A stretch of 63,037 bases of DNA, the filler included, from Olpidium bornovanus S191 (taxonomy: Eukaryota > Fungi > Olpidiomycota), in the NCBI GenBank assembly GCA_017911155.1. It is 30 parts of 30 records of this genome, joined end to end, with 100 filler letters (N's around TTAATTAATTAA, not from the genome) between each part and the next. Parts side by side here need not be neighbours in the genome. Positions count along the whole stretch, not along the records: positions 24,438 to 32,140 come from JAEFCI010004146.1; positions 32,241 to 33,450 come from JAEFCI010005618.1; positions 33,551 to 34,869 come from JAEFCI010002102.1; positions 34,970 to 38,503 come from JAEFCI010005744.1; 26 more parts are not named here. One strand, 5' to 3'. The translations under genes were made by a program, and so were the position numbers. Below the pieces are notes generated by a model that was not told where the DNA came from, ran no database searches, and worked only from the letters and a program-made list of their open reading frames with translations. How positions within the stretch are numbered: position 1 is the stretch's first letter; the number at the start of each line of letters is the position of its first letter. Of this stretch, positions 25,740 through 36,712 are shown piece by piece.

Positions 25740-28700
25740 TCATCTTTCCCTTATGGATGTTCCCCAGATCCTGTACCGTCTCTGCTTCAAGTTCTCGTCT
25801 CCCGCGGCATCGCGGCCGTCCCGTTCGTCGACGCCGACATCGTACGACTTGATGAGGAAATCATGACACAGCACGAGCTGCTCTCCGGCCAAAGGCGGGG
25901 TGGTCCTGAGTCGTTTCCTCGTGGGCGGAACGAAGTTTTTCTCTTGCACAACCCCGTCCGACTTAGGCGCAACGAGTGGATCTTCTTCCCCTCCTCGTAG
26001 GACGAGGTCTTTGCACGTGATGCGGCAGAGGCGTTCTTGCAACAACCGGCAGGTTTCCCGGTCCTTGTACAAACTGTAGAGACATTAGCTCAGCAATCCG
26101 CATAAACGTAATAACCATCTGTCGCGTGTTTCGTTTTTTTCCTCTAACCGGACGGATTCTCAGCCGGGCACTCCTGACTGACTCACTTAGCGGGAGCAAG
26201 CCCTGAGAGCAAATCAACCTGCGAAAGTATCGCCGCAGGTAAGCGACAATGCCTTGCATCACCGTCGACGAAAAGGGTCTCTAATCAAAGATGCTCCCAC
26301 CGCGTCGTCTCCAAAGACCACTGCCTGCACAATATCATCCAGTCTGTCAACCTCGTCGTCGACGGTTGCATCCTTGTCGAGCAGCATAAGAGAAAACATG
26401 AACGCGAATGATTTGTCGTCCAAGTGTTGTTGACACTCGGGACACGACTGCGGCGTCTCAGGCGTCGGCTTGAAGCTGGTTGCCAGGAATCCGTATGGAG
26501 AGAGAGTGCCGACGTTATTTAGCCATCGGGATCGTGAAATCAAAGTACTATTCTGGTCTAATTTGGCCGTACGTTTTGTCGCACCCTTGGCAGAATGGCC
26601 GGCAGAACTTTTCTACGACGTCCGGCCATATTCCAATTACCCTTGCTCGGATCCGGAACAACCCGATGCCCTACAACCCAAATTCTAAGGGACAACCGCA
26701 TTTGCGCGCTCCTCAACAGAGGAGAACGGCAACTTTGCCGCAATCACAACCCACCGCCTGGGCCTTCATTTGACAAATTGATGAAAGCGGAAGGTCGTCG
26801 TAACTTGTGGAGGTTCCTAGCTCCGCAAATCAAAGTCAAAAATGCGCGTAAGCTCAACACGGCGTTCGCGGAGCGTTGCTTACCGACTTGCAAGACGTCA
26901 AAATGTGGCATAACTTACCGCTGACGATTGCCCTATTCGCACCGAAGTGCTCAAGGGAATCGCTACCGCAAAGTCGTCGGTGATTTCGTGCATTGGACGC
27001 GTCGGCTACCGGCCGGGCGCGTAAGTATGTTAGCAGCGTCCATCCGCAAAGGAAGGTCCAAATTCGACACTCGTCGTCAGCGTACCTGCTTCGCAACTCA
27101 CAACAACATTCAGCTCGGGAGAATTTTCCCGACTTCGTGGCGCTTAAGTAATGATTGGAGTTTCGGGTTCATTCGACATCTGACGCTGGTCCGTCTCCCG
27201 CATGAGGCGCCCCTACTTACCGACAGGAACTACCGGCTCGCCAGCAAACGCCACCATCCTCTTCACATCGTCCGGTACGGGAAGACGGAAGAAGATTTCG
27301 CGCTGGCTGAAACATAGGAAAAGGCAGATCGAGCGGTTGCAGGATACATGTGAAGTTATGAACAAGAGAAGCCACGCCGCCGCTTCGAACTCGGCCACTT
27401 CTTGCTAGAGCGGCTGTGTCCCTGGAGCGCGCGCACCAACCTGCGTAGCGAATCGTGCTCGAGCGAATCCGGACGGACGACGAGAATTTTGTTGCTGACC
27501 AATTTGCCTGGGTCGCCATGCAGATTTAGCTCCAGAGAATTCTCGGCACTAATTTTTGCGAGCACGTTGTTGAAACGGACAACCTGGCCCGCGCAGATTC
27601 CGCCTTGGGCGAAATAGTTTGCATGCTCGTCCCACAGGAAGAGCTGCAGCAACCGCCGACCCCATATCCGAGCTCTCTCGCCGTCGTGACCGCCCCAGCC
27701 CGGGTCGTGTTCGCTGTAGAAGGGGAAGTCCGGATTTGACTGCCTGTATGCAGGAATATAGGAATGAAGTTACGGCGGGCCAAGCTTTCACGCCGAATTT
27801 TGGTCGCGGACCGCAACAGCATGAGGGCGACGTAAAGTTTCTTGAGTAAAACCATGCGGATAAACTCACTTCAGTCGATCGTTCTCAGTGTAGTCGGTAA
27901 CAATGATCTCAGTCGGATTGTTCCGTGCGCCGACCTTGATTACCTGGTGGTGTCATCCACAAGCGCCATGTCGTCAGCGTGAAATTGGCAACAAATAACA
28001 CTCGTAGTCTTGTGCTCCCTCTCCAATGTAGTCCGCAAAAATCTTGGGTTGCAGTTGGCTGGTCTTGTACAAGGGACGCCGCGACGCATGCGTGCCTGCC
28101 GCACTGCTCTGACTTTGATTGACGACGGCTAATCCGTCTTGATTCGTCGTTCTTAGCCACCAGCGGCGCAGGGCAGCGGCAGCTCTCGCGTCCTCGTCCG
28201 TTATCCAATTTCCACAATCCTTCGACGTCCACCGGACCGCGTCTGTTGCGTCCATACCTGTATACGCGAATGTAGCGAAGGTCGACGTGCTCGTTGATAT
28301 AGCCTGCAGATCTCTGTTGAACGTCTGTATCTGGAAACCTCGAAATTAAAATAAAACAACAAAACCGCATCATAGCCGGACGCAAACAACCGGGCATGGC
28401 CTCAAACGATAAAATAGTGGCCACCTTCATGTTGTTAAGGATAACAACAGTACCAGCGTCTTCGACAATTGGCAACTCCTCTTTCTGGCGAAATAGCAGC
28501 GCCCTTAGCGCGCAGTTGTGTCCGATTGAAGCATCCCGCAGCAACAAAGAGCAAACGTAGTCTGACGTTCCAGCAAACAACAAGTTTTGTCAGCGTTGGA
28601 CGTGAAAAAACATATCACCAACCGCCAGCGTGCAATCCCCCCAATGCAGATACCTGTCCCACGAGACTTCGTCACGGCCTTCGCGCTGACCACCACGGCC

Positions 28701-28981
28701 ATGAGGTTTGATCGATATGTGGGGTTAAGCATTCCGAGCTCCGTGTACTTTCGCGGGATCTAGCAGAGACGAACATTCACTAGAGATGCTGGAGCGCGCT
28801 CAAATCAAAACCCAGCACCACCGCCCAACGTAAAGGACGGGCCGCCACCAACCCTCGGGACTTCCGGTCCAAGATCGAACCGGTGTGAAGTGATCGTGGC
28901 GTGCGCTGCGCTCGGCCCGGCACCATTCACGCCGGTGTCGCCGGCCGGCTTTTCGCGCGCTTCCGCGGCGGCGGCGGTCAT
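25740..28981 (-). CDS. POT1: Protection of telomeres 1 (OB1, OB2 and C-terminal OB with Zn site), multi-exon, apparently complete
   Basis: YTELGMLN..NLMAVVVSAKAVTKSRGT|DYVCSLLLRDAS..ALLFRQKEELPIV; OB2 LQLFLWDEHA..GQVVRFNNV..LELNLHGD; FRIRARVIGIWP..FCRPFCQGC; SCPECQ..FAFMFSLMLLD; FLIKSYDV..RRYRIWGTSI. Confidence 0.92.
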
Positions 28982-29934
28982 ACGTATGAAATGCAAGCAG
29001 TTCCTGACGGGGAGCGAGCCCCGAGAGACTGGTAAGCCAGGTCTGCGGCACTCCCGCCAGACGTCGGGCCGGCCCGGCGCGAGCGCAGAGTTCGTCGCCC
29101 GGCGGCGGTTTCAACTGGCCGTCGCCCGGTGGTTTCAACGGAGGGTGCGTTTCGGGCGGGGCGGGCGGGCGGGCGACCGGTGCGGTTCCGCTTAAGTCAA
29201 GCAGGCAAATTAATTTATTTTTTGTGTCTTGTTGGCACGCGCAGGTAAGGCACCTGCCATGCACGCGGGACACAAACAAACAGGGCGTCAAGAAAACGCT
29301 TGCGGAGCTGCGCTGCCACAAACAAGCGAACGAGAGAGATTCAGGGAATTTTGACGGGGGGCGGGATGTGCAAATCCTTTGGAATCCTGCGAGCGCGGAG
29401 GAAACATGGGTGGCACCCGCGCAGCTTTTTGTCCGTCGCACGATAACCAAATGTATCATGGCATCCCCGGCCAAAACAGCCAATTAGGGCTCGATGTGGT
29501 TCGACAGGCTGTTCTCCACTGACGTTCGGAACGGCAAAGTCACGGGGCAGAGCAAACAATCGACTAAGAGATTGTCGAGCAGGAAGTTTTCCCTCATTCC
29601 AGAAACAGCAAAGGTCGGAGGTTTGGCTGGTGAGCCGAGTGGTGTTGCTGGTGCGCAGCGCGGCTTGTGTGGGGGGATGAGAGCGTGCCGGGATGGAAAA
29701 AAAAAAAAAAAAAAAAAAAAACAACCGGCAGAGCTGCCGGCCCGCGGCAGCCGCCACCTCTCTCCAGCCCACCCTCGGCACTCGCCTCCAATGGCCTCGT
29801 TCGCACGGCCGCCTCCACTGGCGCCGCCCCTGCTACCGCCGCGAAGGTCGGACGCGCGCGGGCCACGACGGCGATTCGGTGAGGCGCAGCCCGCAGGGCA
29901 CCGGCGGAGGCCGCCGTCTTCGGCTGCGTCGACG

Positions 29935-32140
29935 ATGTTGTCGCTCCGCGCGGTGCTGCCGCCGCTACTGTTGCTGCTGTCCCCCGGGCCGCTAGGTCCC
30001 GGCGCCGCAGCTGACCAGCAACTGCAGTGCAAGCCGGTATCCTCGCTGCTGTGCCCAGAGGTGGTTTACCCAACCACCGCGCAGAACGTGAGCCTGACAG
30101 ACTCGCTAATGGAAAGTGAGTCCCACCCGGCCGCAACGGGAAGCGTTCTTGATCGCTGCGGGAGCTGGCCGGTAAATTGCTAGGCTTTTCTCATGGAAGC
30201 TCGGCACGCCTGCCCGCGCAGCCCAGGCCAACCGCATAAGCAGTTCCGGCTTTGACAAGAGTGGGAAAGACTGCCACAACGCCCTCCGCATGACGCTCTG
30301 CTACCTGGCTTACCCCCGCTGCGATCCTACAACGGGCCACTTGCCTCCCGTGTGCGACTCTATGAGGCGGTCCGCCCTGCTGGCTTGCACGCCAGCGTTG
30401 GGCGAGTTTAGAGACAAGTCGGTCATCCTGGCGGAGCTTCCTGAAGAAAGGTTCAGTGACAACTCGATTGATTGCTACCCGGACAACAATCCCGTGCCGG
30501 AAAACCCGGTGGTCGGAGGGGAGATCCTGCCGGACGACGAAGTCGCCAACAACACCGGGGTGGAACTTACGCCGGCCCCGGACGCCGTAGCCTTGGCCTC
30601 GAATGATTCCGACAATGCGGAAAATAAAGTTCGCCCTGCGGCTGGTCCGCCGCCCGGCGCACTGACGCCCTCGGCGGTTACCGTGACTGTGACGGAACCC
30701 TTGTCTCCTTTTACTGTCCCGCCTGACATCGGAGGCATTTCACCTGCCGTCGATCCAACAACAAATACATCCTCCGCATCAATCGGCATTCCGTCTACAT
30801 CGAAGAATTCAATCACTCCTGGCAACACCACGCAGGCAGTGACAACCGGCACCGGATCTGGCGAGCGGATTTGCAGCAACTCCGATCTTATCTTTTTTTA
30901 TGGGGACTGCCTGGCAAACGGCACAAGGACCATTGAATGTTCTCTGCGACCTGATGTCCAGTGCAAGGACGTCTGGATGCTGACCAAGAAGGTGCACGTT
31001 GAACAGTGCGGTTAGTGCCTCGCTTTACGTTTTGTTGTCGTTGGTTTTTTCGTTTTTCCTTTTTTTTTTACCTCAGCTGGTGTCGGTCTCGTTGGGAAAG
31101 TGGCTCGGGGGGTCATGCGTTTGTCTGTAAGGGGTAGACGCGGAAGCGGAAAAACCACCTTCGCCATTGATGCCGAAGTAACCAGGTGCCCGATCGGGAC
31201 GTCACCGCACGACGCAAGTTCGTTCTAAACGAAAATAACCTAAAATATAATCTCGCCCCAACCATCACCCTCCGACGCATCGAACCCTGTCAGCCTGCCA
31301 GAACACGACCGTCGCTTCGTTCCTGACGCCGTGCAGCGCCGACGGCGTGCGGAGCAGGATATGGTATTACTCCATTCTGGACTCCCTTCCACTGGGGTGG
31401 AATGGCACCGTCAAGAGGCCGTGGCCGTGTGACCGGCGGCGAGATGTTCCAGCCGTTGAGTCAGGGCTGAGCTGCAACTCGTCTGACACCTCCCACAGTT
31501 CGGCGTGGTCTGACGCCCGCATCGCCCAGCGCCTGCATGAACTCCATTTTGCGAAGCACGTGGATGCGCATAATGTCACAGCGCCGGGGAATCTCCGTAC
31601 CGGAGTGGCGAGCATCCGGTGCGCCAGGCCGCCGTTCTGGGAAAGCGTCCACCATGTCGATGAAGTTGAGAGAAACTCGACGAAATGCGGCGAAGAGCTG
31701 CGTACGCAAGAGTATCAAGGGTGGGGCCAATTCCGTAGTGTACCACGCCCTAAACGGTGAAGATTTCCTTTCTAAATCTTAGCTCTTTAATGGATAATTG
31801 GCTTCAAGCTGGACACCCATCGGCACTGACGTCGCCGTGCAAAGCGATGCCGTCTCGTATACAGACTGGGGACTGTACGAGGGGTTTCCAGGCGGCGTAC
31901 TCGCGTTTCTCGAGATCACAGTGGCGCCTGACGTACGTGCATCGCATTTTTACAAGGTCGCGGGGCCGACATCCTCGTCGATCGGTATTTCCGCTTCTTC
32001 GGTTCCCGGAGGCATCAGCCGCGACCCAATTCCCTTCGAAAGCGCAGAGCTCACCGTCGCGTCATTTCCAGGCCGGCGCCACCGACCCCGCTATCCTGTT
32101 CGCGTTCACGTCGAATTCGGCTCCGCATTACTACGGCATG
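29935..32140 (+). CDS. Secreted or membrane protein: signal peptide, Frizzled-like CRD, S/T/P-rich linker, ELAPOR/KIAA1324-like Cys repeats; 3'-truncated
   Basis: Signal MLSLRAVLPPLLLLLSPGPLGPGAAA; CKPVSSLLCPEVVYPT..DCHNALRMTLCYLAYPRC..PPVCDS..AC; repeats DLIFFYGDCLANGTR..QC and SFLTPCSADGVRSRIWYY..PWPCD..SC. Confidence 0.6.
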
Positions 32141-32240
32141 NNNNNNNNNNNNNNNNNNNNNNNNNNNNNNNNNNNNNNNNNNNNTTAATTAATTAANNNN
32201 NNNNNNNNNNNNNNNNNNNNNNNNNNNNNNNNNNNNNNNN

Positions 32241-32460
32241 AGCGGCGGCGGCCGGAAAGCGGCGGCGGCGAGCCGGAAAGAGGCGGCGGCGGCCGGAAAA
32301 CAGTGGCGGGGGCCGGAAAGCGACGGCGGCTGTGGCGGCTGCAAAGATGCGGCGGCGGTCGGCGACGGCGGCAGCAAAGATGCGGCGGCGGTCGGCGACG
32401 GCGGCCGGAAAAGATGGGGCGGCAGTCGGCGACGGCGGCGGCAAAGAGGCGGCGGTGCTG
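32241..32460. repeat. Degenerate GC-rich tandem repeats (GCGGCGGCGGCCGGAAA / GCAAAGATGCGGCGGCGGTCGGCGACG)
   Basis: Repeated units are visible at the contig start, upstream of the MTase ORF. Confidence 0.75.
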
Positions 32461-33014
32461 CGGGGACGGCCGTTAGAGTCCGTTTGGGCTCATAACCTGT
32501 GCAGTTTTTATGCGCCTAGTTTTTTATTTGGGTGGGAAAAAGCGTTGTTTTCGTTCGGGGGTTTTCTTCCTTTTAAATGCGCTCGTAACTACCGTATTCT
32601 ACGACACTTTCTCGCCTCATCGCCGAGCAGGAGGGGGAGGAGGATGCCGAGGATGCCGCCGCGTCGGATCATTTGGATGCCGCCGCGTTGGATCGTTTGG
32701 ATCGTTTGCTCGACGACGGCGTCGAGGACAAAGTTCTTTGCGGCTTCAACAACAACAGCGCTGCGTTGGATCGTTTGCCCGCGTCGTCATATCGTTTGGC
32801 ATATTGTTTTATGTCAGATCGCTCGCTCGACAACACCTTCGAAGAAGGACGCGGAAACGACGTCAAGGACAAAGTTCTTTTGCCGCTAAGTGATGACATC
32901 GGGGGCGGGCCTCGCCCCCCTGATGGAAGTGTTGTTCCAATGCCGGAGCGTCTTGTCTCTTCAGTGGCCTATTGCCCGCCTCTCCCTGACGACGCTTTGT
33001 TGTTCCTCGCTTCA

Positions 33015-33450
33015 CGTTCGCACACTACAGATTGGAAGCTGCACCCCGCCTGGTTCGCAGCTTTGGATGTCCAGTGGGGTCCACATACTATCGACCTTTT
33101 CGCGTCTGCCCGTAACCGCCAGCTTCCCCGGTACGCCTTGCTCAAGCCGGAGGCCGACGCCGTCGCTACAGACGCCTTCTCTCTCAACTGGTCGGTTGAA
33201 AACGGATGGGCCAACCCTCCTTTCGAGTCTGCCACGTTCTGGCGCATCCTGAACAAGGTCAAGTCTGATGACGCAAAGATCATGCTCCTGATTCCCGTCT
33301 GGACGACGGCAGACTGGTTTCCCGCCGTCGCGGCCCATGCTATTGATCACCCCCTCGCCTTGCCGCGGGATTTCGATTTGTTTCTACCTGGATACACAGA
33401 CAATCGTGTTGCTGTCGGGAGCCCTCGTTGGCCGGTACTTGCGGTCCGAG
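33015..33450 (+). mobile_element. DIRS-type N6-adenine DNA methyltransferase (Dam-like MT) domain, 3'-truncated
   Basis: DWKLHPAWFAALDVQWGPHTIDLFASARNRQLPRY..DAFSLNWSVENGWANPPF..ILNKV..LLIPVWTTADWFP, the typical DIRS pol C-terminal MT with the NPPF catalytic motif. Confidence 0.85.
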
Positions 33451-34773
33451 NNNNNNNNNNNNNNNNNNNNNNNNNNNNNNNNNNNNNNNNNNNNTTAATT
33501 AATTAANNNNNNNNNNNNNNNNNNNNNNNNNNNNNNNNNNNNNNNNNNNNGGAATGAACAAAGTTTCCTTTTTTTTCTTAACTGTTTTGGGTGTTTGCGT
33601 CTGGGACGGAGCGGCGCAGCTACGAATGCGGCGACCCATGAAGCCGGGGCCAGATTGAATCACCTGACTGTAGAGCGCGCGTCCTACAGTATGCAGGGTC
33701 ATCAAAAACACTGGGCCACTTTGAGTGAGTGATAGTGCCTTACGGGCTAACAGCTCTCAATTATATTTTTCGAAAATTCAACCGCTTTCGAAAGTTCCCC
33801 CCCCCCCGCCCCAATCTTTCATCCCACCCTAGGAAAGGCAGCATCTTTTTCGCGGTAGGCCGGGTTTAACGCAAGACTGCTCATTGAATGCTGCGGTCTT
33901 GGAGCGTCGCCTGGAAAACAATTACGAGATGCCCAGAGGTCACATCCGCGATGGTGACTGCGAGAAGGATGCCGGCGGGTGTTGCCTGGGGAATTTCACC
34001 TCATGCGCAAAGTCGCGTTTTAGGTACAACGGGGGGAGGCGGGGGTGGGCCAGAGGTATGATGATGCATCTAATAACTTTTCTGACACTCGGGAGCTCCG
34101 TGCTGTACAATCCGAATACCAATTGCTAGGAGAAATACCTCGGCGTGGTTTTGCCAGGCGGCAGATCATTGCCACATTGATCCTCCTCGGTCGGCGAGGG
34201 CATGGATTGGTCAGGAATGATTGGCGATTCGCCCCGTTGCAAACGGCTTCACCGCATAGCGTTTCCTAACCAACACGGGTAATCTTGTTCTTTCGGAGGT
34301 TCGGCAGATAGATGGAAAAAATAAAAGTTCGAGCCCAGAGTATGGAAAACGGAACATGCCAGTAAGGATTTCCGGGATCGCGCCGAATTGGGTTCCATGG
34401 CAGCAATTGCCTCCGCCAGAGCTTTTTTATCTCGGGATCGGCCAGCGGTTCCGAGCTTCCCATCCAAAGGCTCATACTCCCCCTTCCACCCTCCCCAATG
34501 CGGCCGCCGGGGAAAAAGAAAAGACCCGGGCACCCCGGTGAGCGAGCCCGGAGGGCAGCAAATGGGAGAAAGCCGTTCGCTCGCCGGGAAGCCGTTTCAA
34601 GATCTGGAAATCCGCCCCGGGGGAGGTCCTTCTCCGCCCTGCGTCTCGCCTCTTCCTTCCCCCCCACACCCTTCCTCCCCTTCCTCCCCCCGCAATCCCT
34701 CCCACCCCGTTCTCCTCCTCCTCCCTTTCCTCCTCCCTCCCTCCCCCCTCTCCCTTCGCAACGAAGAGGAAGG

Positions 34774-34869
<96 letters not shown>

Positions 34870-35144
34870 NNNNNNNNNNNNNNNNNNNNNNNNNNNNNNN
34901 NNNNNNNNNNNNNTTAATTAATTAANNNNNNNNNNNNNNNNNNNNNNNNNNNNNNNNNNNNNNNNNNNNAGCAAATGCGTCACGATGTAAAATTGCAAAT
35001 ACCAAAAAATACTCTCGCCAGTGTTCGCACCTTGAAGGTGCCTTTGAATTCAACTTACACAGCAGTGGGCTCTTCCCCCTCGTTCCCCCCATCTTCCCCC
35101 CCCTTCCCCCCCCCACACACACACACACCTCCCTCCATCCTCAA

Positions 35145-36500
35145 AGATTGCACCAGGGTTGCGCCCTTTTCTATGGTTTGACCGATGGACTTAGCGATGG
35201 AAGTGATTCCGTGCTTGACCTGAAACTCGGACCGTGAAGAGTTCTTTCTCTGGCAAGAAGGAAAATCAAAATTGAGGATGTAATGGAACATAGCTGTTTA
35301 GGTGTCGTATGAGCTCACTGGTGCTAAGCGCGCACCTGTGCGTGAACCTTGGACAAAAGCCGGCAGGTTTCTTTTGCACGAGGGTCGCGCCTTCTTTTTA
35401 AGGTTCGATCTGAAGGATTTGTGAGCGTTGAAAGTAGTTCTCGTGCGCGACCTGAAGCTCGGACTGTGCACGGTTTCTTCCCTGGCAAGAAGGAAAAACA
35501 AGATTCAGGATGTAATGAAACATGGGCAGCCGGCGCAGCGATCACGTCGCGTGATTGATTTGACGGTTCGTAGGGAAGAGGTTTGACGGCGCAGCCGCGA
35601 CACCAATCAACCTTGACTACCTTTATATCATCAGAAGCGTCACATATGCTCACATACCAAAGGGCCCACGGGATCCGGGGAATCTCGCACATACGGCCAA
35701 AAAGATGATCATGGTCGGCTACTCGCGAACTAGCAAGGCGTACCTGCTTATGGGACCTGACCACCGTCACAATCGTCGAACGATACGACATCACAGTCGA
35801 GAAATTGCAGCTACTCGCGAACCAGCAAGGCATACCCGCTTATGGGACCCGACCACCGTCACAATCGTCGAACGATACGACTTCACCGCCGATAAATTGC
35901 AAATGTACGAACCAACGATCGACATTACGCACTCGCAGCGATAATTGATTACGAACCAGAGCCACGAACGTACTGAGAAGCAATGATGAGCAACAGAGCA
36001 GAGATGTGGAAGCATGCCATGGAGAAAGAGATTCAGACCTTGCGGAGCCTCCCTGCGTAGGAGCTCGTAACGCGCCCGACCTGCAAGATCCTAAGAGAAA
36101 AATGGGTTCTCAAGCGAAAGCTAAACTCAGACGGAACAATCTCCAAGTCGTCGCATAGGGCTATATGCAACCAAAGGGGGTCGACTACTATGAGACATTC
36201 TCGCCGGTGGTCTTAGCCGCGGCATTGCACGTAGTCATTGCCATCGCGTCAAGAAACAAATGGACCATTCGTCAATTGAGACGTCGTCGCAACGTACCTG
36301 AACGGCGGGTTAGAGGAGGGGTTATACATGGAGCAACCAGGTGGATTTGTCACTAACATCTTAAAAATTTGCACACTGCGTTGAGCCCTCAATGGGCTCG
36401 AACAAAGCGGCCGAGTGTGAAATCACCGATTGCACGCAGAACTAACGCGTTTCGCCTTGCAGCACGGCGAGCATCAGCCGCTGTTACCCCTTTGTAAAAT
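35145..36500 (+). mobile_element. Decayed Ty1/copia (integrase tail to RT start) with internal tandem duplications
   Basis: AKKMIMVGYSRTSKAYLL, WKHAMEKEIQTL, KWVLKRKLNSDGTI and YMQPKGVDYYETFSPVV, with stops and frameshifts. Confidence 0.88.
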
Positions 36501-36712
36501 CCTCAGTTTTCCACCATATAAAGTAGGCGTAGAAGAGATAGCAACGCCGCGCCCCGGGTACAGGTCTTCCTTCGGCTCTCCTCAGGGGCGCGCTGCGGAT
36601 TCTCTTGGTTCTCCTTAATTTGCCTTCCGGCTCTAATCAAAAAAAGGGGGGGGGGGAACCATTGCCTCCCCCGCTCCCTACCTTCCGCCCCCACCTTCGC
36701 CCCCCACTGGGG

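Noticed and set aside
31130-31165. GRRGSGKTT, resembling a Walker A motif
   Set aside because: It lies in an extracellular Cys-rich protein with no P-loop fold context or Walker B, and the exon boundary here is uncertain; probably chance.
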